A stretch of 63,888 bases of DNA, filler included, from Octopus bimaculoides (GCF_001194135.2; 9 parts of 8 records of this genome joined end to end with filler, not necessarily neighbours in it), one strand, 5' to 3'. Counted from the whole stretch's first letter, positions 12,131-23,934 are shown. Notes: generated from the sequence alone by a model not told the origin. A program made the numbers and translations.

Positions 12131-12230
12131 NNNNNNNNNNNNNNNNNNNNNNNNNNNNNNNNNNNNNNNNNNNNTTAATTAATTAANNNNNNNNNNNNNN
12201 NNNNNNNNNNNNNNNNNNNNNNNNNNNNNN
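12131..12230. other. assembly linker 44N-TTAATTAATTAA-44N (also 34792-34891, 42411-42510, 49664-49763, 56100-56199, 58119-58218, 59516-59615, 62432-62531)
   Basis: eight identical 100-nt spacers; TTAATTAATTAA puts stop codons in all six frames. Confidence 0.95.
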
Positions 12231-13183
12231 AGCATGGAAAGCGGACGTTAAACGATGATGATGATGATGATGATGTAAGTATCCATCATCATTATAGGAT
12301 AAATTCAGAAGGTGACTGATAGAATTATTACTCAGCAGGAGAAAATTCTTACAATGCATTTCTTTCGGTTTTATGTTCTGAGGAGTTCAAATGCCATCAA
12401 GTTCGACTTTACCTTTCATCCTTCCAGAGACAACAAAAAGCACTGTTCAAATACTGTGGGTTGAGATAATCAACTCGTCTCTTCCCCTCAAAATTGCTTG
12501 TCTTGCACCAAAATTAGAAGAATTCTTAAGGTAAGAACAGTATTACCCTTAGTTAAAAAAAAAAGACCCTTGTTTGTATCCAGCTTGGATTCAAGTGTAT
12601 CCAGCAATAAGTTATTCAGAGATATGTTGAGATAAAAATTAATACGAATGTAGTGTACATATAAATATGGTGACAATACATCTAAAGAAGAGGTCAATTA
12701 CTTTCTGACATTATTATCTTAATTAGCAACAAATAATGTTAAATAGTGAGATATTTAATTAAAGTTATGCTTGTTGCTCAACCATTTATATATGTATATA
12801 TATACATAAATGTCTACATGCATGTGTTTTTGTATGTATGTGTGCGCGTGTATATATGTATATGTACACACACACACACAAGCTTAGAGCAGGTGATCAA
12901 GTCTCATCATTTTAACTGTTATTTATACTGTTTTAAGTGTTTATACATGTGTATAGGTCTGAGTTCTTATGGATATTGTTTAACCACAGGTCAAATCTGA
13001 TGCAGCAAACCTATGACCAAGGGCATTCTAAGCATGATCATTTTGCCTTATTCGCATGCACAGTGCACATAGAACAATATTTCCTGGTGTATCCTTCTTT
13101 TCTAAGATGTCAGGGTAGGTGTTAAATATCATTTAGCTGCTCTTTTTAACCTTTTAAGTAACTGCATAAAGTCTTCCCTCATA

Positions 13184-13214
<31 letters not shown>

Positions 13215-13220
<6 letters not shown>

Positions 13221-13380
13221 GACAGGCTTCTGTCAGTTTTTATCAACCAACTGTATTCACAAGGCTTTAGTTGATCCAGGGATATTGTAGCAAGTAATCG
13301 CTCAAGACCCCATTCAGTGGAACTGAACTTGAAAGCATGTGGTTAAAAAGCAAACTTCTAAACTACACACCCACACATGT
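13215..13380 (-). mobile_element. decayed SINE 5' half
   Basis: reverse complement matches the head of the 43091 family. Confidence 0.65.
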
Positions 13381-13648
13381 GCCCACACTCATGTCAGTGG
13401 GAAATAAAATATTTGACAAACCAATAGCTAGCATGCTGCACTTTTATCAGCCTAGTATCGTCATCTCTTCGAGGACAGCCATATTAAAGTGGCCATAAGC
13501 AATACTATTTGGTTCCTATATTGTTTCTATCTCAAACAGGGAATTTCTAACAGACAAATTTCCTAGTTACAAAATCAGTGATTGTATGACACTGTGTTTT
13601 CTATATATTGCAAGTGAGGTAAACTGCTGTCATGCCTAACAATGAGTA

Positions 13649-13690
13649 CCCACAACTGAAGAGATTCATTACAAATCGAAACCATGTGGG
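13649..13690 (+). ncRNA. hammerhead ribozyme-like relic lacking the cleavage triplet
   Basis: CCCACA-A-CTGAAGA-GATT(CATTACA)AATC-GAAAC-CA-TGTGGG. Confidence 0.45.
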
Positions 13691-14654
13691 GTTGAAGCTA
13701 GGGTGGTAGGTGTTATATTCTGCTAGCAATAAATATCAAGTTTGAGAAGTAAACTGAATAAACCAGCTGGAGGAGATGTCTTCCTGAGGTTAAATGACAG
13801 TATTGTTGTCTCTTATATGATAGCCACATTAAGTGACCATAAATGATATAGTTTGTTCAGTGTTTTAGATAAATGGATTAATACAAGAGAAAGAAGACAC
13901 ACAGAAAGCAATGGTGTGAAAACCTGCTACTTTCTGTCTCATGGAGACTCATCATCAGACCTCATGTTTAAAATACTTATAACTTGCACATATCAAATAG
14001 AGCAGAAATGTATGAGAGACAAAAAGAAATATGAGAAAAATAAAACAAAAATGAAGAGAATTAAGACTTCAGCAGGAAAAGGGACAGAGAGAAAGAGAGC
14101 GTGAGAGAGAAAGAAACACTAAATAAACAGAAACTCCACCAAAGTCGGTTGATAATGATTAATTAAAAATCCAGTCAAGACTAAAATACTTTATTGATGC
14201 CATATAGTTAAACAGAAATAAATAATTTAGCAAGTTGTACAGGTCTAATGATCAATAGACATCTTCTGTTTAAATGAGAGAGTAATAAGAGGATATGAAG
14301 TGCTAGAGAAAGAAAGAAGGAAAGGGAGAGAGAGAGAGAGCTTCGTTTGGAGCTAATGATTCCCTCAGTTGCTCCTCTGACTTTCCTGCTCCTGTGCATT
14401 TGTTCAGATGACAAAGAGACAAATGCATTTACTGCCATTAGTTGATATCTTTGACAAGAGCAAGAATGCACTGAAGCAAATCTGAAGGAAGTCAAAGTCT
14501 GAGTCATCACCCACAAATAAACAAATGAACTACATGCATTTTAATACATTTTCTAGCGTTTATACAAATACACATGAATATACATACATACACACATATA
14601 TACACACATACATACATACATGCATGCATACATACATGCATGCATACATAACAC

Positions 14655-14805
14655 ACTGCCAAAATACAACCCGTTCTTGCTACCTGAATGAACTGGAGCA
14701 ACATGAAATAAAGTACCTTGCTCAAGAATACAATGTGCCACTAGTAATCAAACTCGTGACCTTACGATGGTGAACCAAATACACTAACCACTAAGCCACA
14801 CACTT
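14655..14805 (-). mobile_element. tRNA-derived SINE head plus core (CTTGAGCAAG...TTGCTCCAG family; related copy 34205-34365)
   Basis: A-box TGGCTTAGTGG and a B-box-like GAGTTTGATTAC on the minus strand. Confidence 0.65.
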
Positions 14806-14817
14806 TTGCTTTCACCA

Positions 14818-15060
14818 TGGACATGAAATCACTCTAAACCATCATTCCCCACAATAGCATGACAGCTCTTAAGCACTTCCTAGACCATTCCCCTCCCCCA
14901 AGTTGTACCCAAAACTGTATCACTCCTCTGCTTAACCAAGCTCATCTTAAACCTTGATTGTTTTTCTTTCTCTGAAAGAATTTTACAAATAAGTCAGCAG
15001 GGGTCAGTATGGGAACTAGAATGGGCCGCAATTATGCCAACCTTTTCGTAGTAGGCCGCA
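14818..15060 (+). mobile_element. Penelope-like reverse transcriptase fragment
   Basis: MDMKSL*TIIPHN...LLCLTKLILNLDCFSF...(frameshift) GVSMGTRMGRNYANLFV resembles the PLE motifs DVxSLYTxIPH and GxAMGTxMGPxYANLF. Confidence 0.8.
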
Positions 15061-15526
15061 CTAAATAGTATATCTTTACTCTCTTCATTAGATCCATCGT
15101 TGAGGAGGAGACCTTTCTAAAATTCTGCTTGCTGGAAGACAGCAGTGAACTGTAATTGATGGTTGAGAACCACTGATCTAAATGATGGCATTAATTACAT
15201 TCTTATATGATAAAACTTAAGTAATATACTGAGAATGGAAATCAATTGATTACCATGGGTAAGAAAAGAATCATTTGAAATATGTGCATCACAAGACAGA
15301 AAATGTAAATAGCCTCATGTATAATTACGAAAACGAATGAAAACTGCAAGATCTTACATCTTGGCTCTGCATAAGAATGTCTTCTTTCCTAATACCACTT
15401 CTATATCAAATGATTAACTTCAAAGACAACAATTTCTGACTTCATTCGACAATCAATTTTAAGACGGGCGAATAAAACTTTACTATTCAAATGATCAAAT
15501 TCTCATAGTCTTATCTAATTTAAATA

Positions 15527-15546
15527 TAATAATAATAATAATAATG

Positions 15547-15599
<53 letters not shown>
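15527..15599. repeat. (AAT)n microsatellite
   Basis: direct inspection; similar arrays at 16091-16126, 17667-17761 and 55414-55488. Confidence 0.95.
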
Positions 15600-16090
15600 C
15601 ATGTACATTGTTTAGTCTTGGTATAAAAAGATGGGCTACACCAAATATTCTGCTTAATACCACAGATTTGCTTGTCTGTTGTTTGACCTTAACCAGCTGA
15701 GCATGTCCCTTGGTGGCCGATGATATGTGCATCTCTGATCATGAGCAGAAGTAATGGGGGAGCATCATAGCCATGTGTTGAGAGGAATTCTTTGGGGTTT
15801 GAATAATTCACCTTTGGAAACATGGGTGTTTTGCTCAATATCCTTAAACAAACCTTATTCAGGGACCTTTTGAGTGGGATGGGCTACTCGACCTGAAGAA
15901 AATTTTAACTGGGCCCCACCTGCGAGGTCATGCGCTGTTTATCTTGATATGAGATCACCATGTCGCGCACATGTAGTTGTGATGCATGTGCCTGGTGTAC
16001 CCTTATCAGACGGGTAGTCATGATGGGTATAATGGGCTTTGTATATTTTACCCCAGTGTCACTTTGATGGCATGCATTGCTCTCTCACTC
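15600..16090. mobile_element. ~490-bp interspersed element embedded in (AAT)n arrays; second copy 55721-56099 in opposite orientation
   Basis: two highly similar copies; no ORF and no TIR seen; (AAT)n on both sides of copy 1 and at the GAGTGAGAGA end of copy 2. Confidence 0.8.
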
Positions 16091-16126
16091 AATAATGATA
16101 ATAATAATAATAATAATAATAATAAT

Positions 16127-16352
16127 CACAAAGTAAGTGAATGTAGCATACCGGCACAGAAAGAATACAAGAAAAGACATGACAACCTAGGGAGAGTAAT
16201 CCACTGAGAGTTTTGGAAAAAGCTAAGATTTGACCATACTGATAAATGGCATGAACGTCAACCTAGTAAAGTACTATAAAGTAAGAAATATAAAATGTTG
16301 TGGGACTTTAAGATTTAGACAGATAGAGTAATAGCAGCTAGAAGGCTTGATT

Positions 16353-16391
<39 letters not shown>

Positions 16392-16770
16392 CAGTAGTAG
16401 TAGATAAAGAGAATAGAAAGTGCCAGATAATTGACTTTACAGTCCCAAATGATGAAAAAAATCAATATGACAGGTATAGAAAAAATAGCAAAGTACCAGG
16501 ACCTAGCCATTGAATTACAGAGGCTATGGAAAGTGCAGGTAAAATGTATTCCAGTAGTTATAGGTGCACTGGGAACTGTCCTTAAAGATTTGAACAGATA
16601 GATAGAGGAAATAGGCATAAAAACCAGTTTAATACAGCTTCAGAAAACAATGTTATTAGGGACAGCTAGGATACTTAGGAGAGTTCTTGGCATGTAAAGT
16701 TACTTGTAGCTCATTGTTAAGATTTTTTTCTTTTCCAACAGTCTTATCTGTTGTGTGTATGTGAATAATG
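16127..16770 (+). mobile_element. R4/Dong-like retrotransposon 3' end (end of Zn knuckle, RLE endonuclease, 3' UTR)
   Basis: SECSIPAQKEYKKRHDNLGRVIH...MLWDFKI*TDRVIAARRLDL(V)nDKENRKCQIIDFTVPND...EKIAKYQDLAIELQRLWKVQVKCIPVVIGALGTV...LLGTARILRRVLGM*; tail AATAATGATGATG. Confidence 0.9.
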
Positions 16771-16789
16771 ATGATGATGATGATAATAA

Positions 16790-17560
16790 TCATTTTAACA
16801 TCTTCTTTTCCTAGCTTGCATGGGTCAGACAGAGTTTATTGAGGCAGATGATTTTTCTATGGCTGGATGCCCTTCCTATTGCAAACCATCAAAAATAACA
16901 ATAGTAATGGATTCACATTTTGGCACAAGACCATCATCATTGTTTAATGACTGCTTTGCATGTTGGCATGGGTTGGACGGTTTGACATAGGGCTGACTAG
17001 CAGGGAGCTGTTCAGACTCCAGCTGTCTGTTGAGGCATGGTTTCTACAGCTGGATGTCCTTCCTAATGCCAACCACTTAACAGAGTGTGGTGGGTGCTTT
17101 TTTATGTGCCACCAGCATGGGTGCATTTATGCAGCACCAGCATGGTGCTTTTTAAGTGGCACCAGCACCTGAAAAGACAAGCTTGTATGTATGAAAAGAT
17201 GGCAGTTTTACTTAGCTTGATGTCTTATCAAGTACAGCAAATCACCACATCTCCCAGTCCCTTGTCATTTCCTCAGTGAGGCCCAGAATCCAACAAATCC
17301 TTTCTCACCACTTCATCTCATGTCTTCCTGGGTTTATTCCTTCTACAGGTAACCTCCACAATTAGAGCTCAGCACTTCTTTATGTAGCTGTCCTCATCCA
17401 TATGCAACACATGACCAAATGAGAGCAGTCTTCTCTTCTTGCACACAACATCAGATGACTCTTATACCCAGTTTTCCTCCTAATTCAGTTACACTCTGTC
17501 ATGCATGCACGCTAACATTCAGCAGAGCATGCTTGCTTCATTTCCTTCAAGCCTTCGCAA
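16790..17560 (-). mobile_element. RTE LINE 3' region and UTR (related copies 25705-26200, 29925-30380, 38655-38998)
   Basis: Shared end CCATGCTAGCATGGGTTGGACGG...(CAT)n; the 29925 copy encodes GRVTPRKTWDEMVRKDLQMLGLTEEMTRDQEMW (RTE C-terminus). Confidence 0.8.
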
Positions 17561-17666
17561 GTCCTCTACAATCAAAGCTCATGTTTCACTGCCATGTAAC
17601 AAAGCTGTACATACACAAGCATCATACAATCTGCTTTTTACTCTGATAATGATAATAATAACAATA

Positions 17667-17762
<96 letters not shown>

Positions 17763-17897
17763 GGTTTTCTTTACCGATATTGCAAGCAGTTTCAATATGT
17801 TCATGTCGTAACAACCTGATTAGAACTTTTTTATACACATGTAATTTAAGTACAAGTAATAATGTTGTCTGTTGTCTGCTGTGAAATAATGTAACTT

Positions 17898-17978
17898 GGC
17901 CCTGAAGAGATGGAAGGCCCTAATTTCTTATCTCAGAGAAGAGTGAGTCGGGATCTTGCATCGAAATGTGCATAGGAT
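17898..17978 (+). ncRNA. minimal type I hammerhead ribozyme candidate
   Basis: CC-CTGAAGA-GATG...CATC-GAAA-TGTGCAT-A-GG: intact core, near-palindromic stem III, AUA triplet, 2-bp stem I. Confidence 0.5.
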
Positions 17979-19575
17979 AATAAACAAGTTTTATTAATAT
18001 ATAGGATTGTGTCATGGCTCTTATTTCAATTGAAATGCACCCAAAATTGTATCACCTATATGAAAGTCATTATATTTAAACAAAGTATAAACAACTTTTC
18101 AAGTGAGAATTTTGCTACTTTGGTAACAGTTACTATACTTATTTTACCAAAATATTTGGTAGATATTTAAATACACACACACATATATATATTGCTATCT
18201 GTTGGAGTTTTAGCACTTTAGCTGCTATTTCTGAACTTCGGTATGTGGTGAAGCAACTGTTGCTGATCCCTTAATTATGTTTATATATATATATATATGA
18301 CAGGCTTGGAGGTAGAGGTGATGCTAGCTGGTGCAATTTTGTGGTTTGCTGGTATGCCAAGAGAGATCCAGTAGGCCCCTAACTGGTTCCCTGATCTTAA
18401 AGGTGTAATGTGGATGTGGATGTGTAATGACGGAGTGGCTGGTGTGGTGGTGATTGACAGCCAATATTGGCTATGTCTGTGTGTCTATTTATGAACTTTC
18501 CATGTGTATGGGGGTGGTACACATGTTTTTGGGTGTGCAAGTGTGTGTGCATGTGCGTGTGTGTGTACTTGCACCTGTGTGCATGTTTGCATTTTTGTCT
18601 TCTTGTTGCTGTCCTGACACTGTTATGCATTAATTGCCATTATACGAGTAGAGCTGCTTTCTCTGCAATCTTCCGTGAAAATATGCATGGTCTGGCAGTG
18701 ATGGGGGAATATTACCTTACTTGGAAACAGGTAAAAGTTGTGACAACAGGAAGGGCATCTATCCTAGGATGTCCGCCACAACAATTTCTGTCTGACTCGT
18801 GGATAACTAGACACTAAAATGATGAGGATAAAGGTGATGAGGATGATGCTTAAGATGACAATTATGATGATGATGATGATGATGATGATGATTATAATCA
18901 TGATGACAAACATGATGTTTATTATTATAATCATGATGACAGTGATGATCATAATGATTATTATTATTATAGTCATGATGACAATGACAACAACAATGAT
19001 GACAGTGATTATAATCATGATGATGCTGATTATAATCCCGATAATGATGATGTTGATAATGATTATTATTATAATCAAGATGACAATGATGATGATGGTG
19101 GTGATGATGATGATCTAGTCATAAGACTAAACAAATATTATTTCCTTTTCTCTTTCTTTTGAAAATGAAATTTACATAGAAAAAAAAAGTCACCCCAAAA
19201 CTGTTGACTTTTTCTTTTAAACTGTCGAAAGATGCTGTAGTAATGCATGAAATAAAAATTAATTATGGTTAGTACAAGATAGACAAACACCCACTTCCCG
19301 ACCCGAATGTCTGCTATAATTAATGCTATGAATTCATAATCGGATTCAAAACCAGACAAGAATGTCAGCTGACACTGACATCCCAGCTATTGCTGTCATA
19401 TCTGACATAAGAAGAAGTTCTACGTGATTGGCTGAGTCGTAGATAAAACGAATCCTCGCAAACAGAAAAACAAGAAAGGACACTCACCTACTTATTTATG
19501 AAACTAGTCGAGCCGAGACTTATCATTAAAGATGGATGGGAAAAGATATATTTAAATCACTGCTTTTGAACATTG

Positions 19576-19634
19576 AATGAATGAATGAACGAATGAATGA
19601 ATGAATGAATGAATGAATGAATGAATGAATGAAT
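19576..19634. repeat. (TGAA)n microsatellite
   Basis: direct inspection. Confidence 0.95.
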
Positions 19635-20204
19635 GGTTGGGTTGGGATGGCAATGCTATCAAACAACTAATTAAAAGTAATCTGTGCTTATGCATATACA
19701 TAGACACTTACACACACACACACACACAAAGATAAACATATAAATATATATGATATGTATATATATATGACACACACATATATATATATATATACATACA
19801 CATATCATATATATATATATATATATNNNNNNNNNNNNNNNNNNNNNNNNNNNNNNNNNNNNNNNNNNNNNNNNNNNNNNNNNNNNNNNNNNNNNNNNNN
19901 NNNNNNNNNNNNNNNNNNNNNNNNNNNNNNNNNNNNNNNNNNNNNNNNNNNNNNNNNNNNNNNNNNNNNNNNNNNNNNNNNNNNNNNNNNNNNNNNNNNN
20001 NNNNNNNNNNNNNNNNNNNNNNNNNNNNNNNNNNNNNNNNNNNNNNNNNNNNNNNNNNNNNNNNNNNNNNNNNNNNNNNNNNNNNNNNNNNNNNNNNNNN
20101 NNNNNNNNNNNNNNNNNNNNNNNNNNNNNNNNNNNNNNNNNNNNNNNNNNNNNNNNNNNNNNNNNNNNNNNNNNNNNNNNNNNNNNNNNNNNNNNNNNNN
20201 NNNN

Positions 20205-20239
<35 letters not shown>

Positions 20240-20793
20240 CATATATCACACACACCACGCACATGAAGAAAGCATCAAGCACTTACACTTCTATACACAA
20301 CACTCACACAAGACGTAATGTCTAGCAGATATTACGCTCTGCATATGCTCATCCCTATTATTTATACATCATATGATACCTTGAATCTAAATGGATAACT
20401 AGCTTATCAACTTTCAGTTTGATACATCTTACATCGCTACTTAAGATGGATGGCTTTCATGCTGCTCTTGTTAGCTAGGCTTCTAAAGTCTTTCTGTTTT
20501 TCTTTCCATGAATTTTTGGCAATACTGAGAGTGTAGTATGATGTATAGTGTGTTTATTTACTGGTAAATTATAAAACTAGTATCATATAGAATAATTAAA
20601 GATCAATGCTTCTTCTTTTCATATGCATAATAAATAAATAGATAGATAGATAAATAAATAAATAGACAAAACAGAAAAATAATCATACATTTTTAGGTTT
20701 AGGTAACTTACTATACACATTATGCATATATACACATACAACATACATACACACATGCGCGCGTACACACAAACACATACATTCATACATACA

Positions 20794-21308
20794 TCAGTGA
20801 AAATCAGTGAAAAAGAGAATACCTATGATGAACTATTGAGAGATGTATAGTTACTCTATCCAGATTACAAGTTCAGGTTTATACCAGTAATTATATTGCA
20901 GCACTGCGATATGTAATACACAACTTACATACAAATCTTGAGAAATTAGGCTTCTCAAAACCAGAAAGGAGAAAACTAGACCCAAGCCATCACTGGAACT
21001 GTAAAAATTTGTAAAACTTTCCAGAAGTTTATCATTTAAGTATATATATGAGCATGTCCAGACGTGCAACTATATGCATGAGAATACATTTATAAGGCAA
21101 AACATGCAAACTTGCATGTATACATACATACATACATACACACATACATACACACATACATACACACATACATACATACATACATACATACATACATACA
21201 AAAGTACCCTGTTGATGTTGAAATTCCAATGAAGGAGCCTTAGATCTAGATTAGAAACTGGTTTTTTCTCTATTGGGAAGAAATTTTGAAATAAAATTGA
21301 ATAATGAC
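20794..21308 (+). mobile_element. RLE-class LINE 3' end (different family from 16127) in a (CATA)n context
   Basis: ISEKENTYDELLRDV*LLYPDYKFRFIPVII...NLEKLGFSKPERRKL...AITGTVKICKTFQKFII*; (CATA)n before the 5' junction, inside the UTR and after the 3' end. Confidence 0.65.
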
Positions 21309-22055
21309 ATGCATACACATACATGCATACATACATACAAACAGACAGACAGGCAGATAGACAGACAGATAGACAGATAGATAGACAGACATAGTGAGAT
21401 GCATCTACCTCAAGCGAATATTGAAAAAATGGATAGATATGAAATGATGACGGTGGTGGTGCTACTGCTGATGTTGCTGTTTTTAGCGGCAGTGGTGGTG
21501 GCGGTCAGCAGTGACAGCAATGGCACAAGTAATGGTAGTGGTTATGATGGCAGTAGTATCACTGGCAAAGTTGGTGGTGGTAGTGGTGGTGGTGGTGGTG
21601 GTGGTGGTGATGGTTGTCATAGTGATTGTCACCATTGTCACGATATGGACTGATAAAATTCTCTCAATGCTCAAAGCACTGCAAAATTTTTGACAGGATA
21701 TGAACCTACAACCTACGTGGTCATTTGTTCTACAAGAAATAACAATCAAATCTCTCCTAAACCTTCCCTACCAAAAAAAAAAAAAAAAAGCGCTACTCAC
21801 TAATTTAATCCTGATACACTTAATCTGAATAAAATACAGGATTGTTATTGCTAAAAACATCTTTAATAACGAGTTTGTTTAATCAAGTTTTAACAGGGGC
21901 AAAATAATATGAGCCAATGACACACTGAAATATAACTGATGTGGGGCTAAACAACAATAACAATTATTACAATAACAATGTTGAAGTGGACTTGTGTCAG
22001 TGACTAGGTTGCAGTTGGTTTGAAGACAATCTTGACACCAGATATAAATGCTTAA

Positions 22056-22677
22056 CCCTTTAGCATTCAGATTACCCAGTCAAATGTAATGCTCGTTTAT
22101 TCACATTGTTTTGAATTAATCATGGTGGAGGCGCAATGGCCTAGTGGTTAGGGCAGCGGACTCGCGGTCATAGGATCGTGGTTTCAATTCCCAGACCAGG
22201 CGTTGTGAGTGTTTATTGAGCGAAAACACCTAAAGCTCCACGAGGCTCCGGCAGGGGATGGTGGCGAACCCTGCAGTACTCTTTCACCACAACTTTCTCT
22301 CACTCTTACTTACTGTTTCTGTTGTGCCTGTAATTCAAAGGGTCAGCCTTGTCACACTGTGTCACGCTGAATATCCCCGAGAACTACATTAAGGGTACAC
22401 GTGTCTGTGGAGTGCTCAGCCACTTGCACGTTAATTTCACGAGCAGGCTGTTCTGTTGATCAGATCAACTGGAACCCTCGACGTTGTAAGCGACGGAGTG
22501 CCAACAACAACAATAAATTAATCATGGTTTATCTTACAGCTTTCAGATTTTGTTGATGTGAGTGTTTATTTTTAGAATGACATTGTAAGGTAGGTGTGAG
22601 AAGGCAGATACAGCCAGTTTGAATATAAAACAGATAGAATATCTGGGCTGGATATCGCTGGTTTAAATGCTAAATGG
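22056..22677. mobile_element. piggyBac-type MITE interrupted by a SINE
   Basis: TTAA-CCCTTTAGCATT...AATGCTAAATGG-TTAA; TTAA at 22052-22055 and 22678-22681. Confidence 0.8.
22127..22515 (+). mobile_element. young full-length tRNA-derived SINE with 13-bp TSD
   Basis: A-box TGGCCTAGTGG, B-box GGTTTCAATTCCC, (CAA)n tail, TSD AATTAATCATGGT at 22114-22126 and 22516-22528; CpGs retained. Confidence 0.9.
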
Positions 22678-22795
22678 TTAAGTGATGATAACAGATTTTG
22701 TGTTTCTGAATAGCTAATTCTTTTACACTGTAGCTGTTTTAGTTTCAACAGACACAGTTTCAGATCAAACCTCTTGCCAGACAAGTACATTCCAA

Positions 22796-22831
<36 letters not shown>

Positions 22832-23154
22832 AATAATAATAATAATTATAATGATAATAATTATAATAATGATGATGATGATGATGATGATGATGATGGT
22901 CACTCCTGTTGCTTTTGACATATGAGTGTTTGAAGGAAAGGATTTAAAAATTAAAAGTTTAAAAATAAAAGAAGCTGCATCCATTTGCTAGGGATGCATG
23001 GGTGTAATTTGAGTTCAGGTATGGATAGTGCTATGAAGTCACAATGGAGACAATGATGATTTTGATATTGTCTGGGACTGGACAAATGTATCTGTTGAAT
23101 GCAGGATATAATTCTTTTATTGTTCTGTTACTTCAACTCAAATTGAATAATAAT

Positions 23155-23420
23155 GATGGACTCTCCTGTTGAAGACGATGTATGAGCGTGCAGCTTTTTG
23201 CCGAACGACCTACACAAATGATTTGTTTATAATGATCAACTGTATGTGCTCTACATTAGCTCACTCTCTTCATCAAATCGACATAGCCTAAACAGGTGCA
23301 TGGTGTAGCATGCATCAGGTGTCATAGTGGTTGCAGAGCAGCATGAGATGAATTTTGCTCAGAAACACAACACACCACCTAGTCAAGGAACTGAAATCAT
23401 GACCTTTTGTTGTGCTGCTA
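23155..23420 (-). mobile_element. tRNA-derived SINE
   Basis: minus-strand B-box-like GATTTCAGTTCC followed by GTGTTTCTGAGCAAAA core. Confidence 0.5.
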
Positions 23421-23934
23421 TGAAATTTCCAGCACATTCTATAGAAATTGAACAGAAAGTTGACAATACAAATACAAGCAGTAAGATGTGCTGTACTGTG
23501 AAAAGTTTGCTCAAAACAGACTTGAATCAGTAAGAGAGCCTCTATTTAGATTCTAGGTGTTAAACATAACTTAACGTATAAGAACACCCAAATTTCCCTC
23601 AGATCACACACTAAGACCTTAAAAAAAAGATGGACACATTGAATACAACTATCCTAGATACACTATACCTGAGAAGAAAATAAATGGAATGGCCATAGTT
23701 GAAATTATGTTGGTCATTAGTTTCCTTGATAAATTTTGACATGGGTCTAAATATCTGCAATCTAGAATTATATTAAAGTAACTCCAGTGAATAACAGGAA
23801 GTCTTTTAGAGAAAAACTCTCTTAAAAATTAGCATAAAATGAGGAACATTGTAAGCAATGTATAGAGAGAAATTCAACATCATAAGAATGACTTGTGATG
23901 AAAGTGAGTTAAACTTCTTCCTATATCTTTTACT

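Noticed and set aside
12175-12186. Recurring TTAATTAATTAA as a biological motif
   Set aside because: Always centred in exactly 44+44 N; an artificial linker
15840-15930. HDV-like or hammerhead ribozyme in the AAT-embedded element (CTGAAGA present)
   Set aside because: No GAAA partner and no consistent P1/P2/P3 pairing could be built
22127-22200. tRNA gene
   Set aside because: A and B boxes are present but there is no closed acceptor stem, and it continues into a SINE body with tail and TSD; the same applies to the other tRNA-like heads
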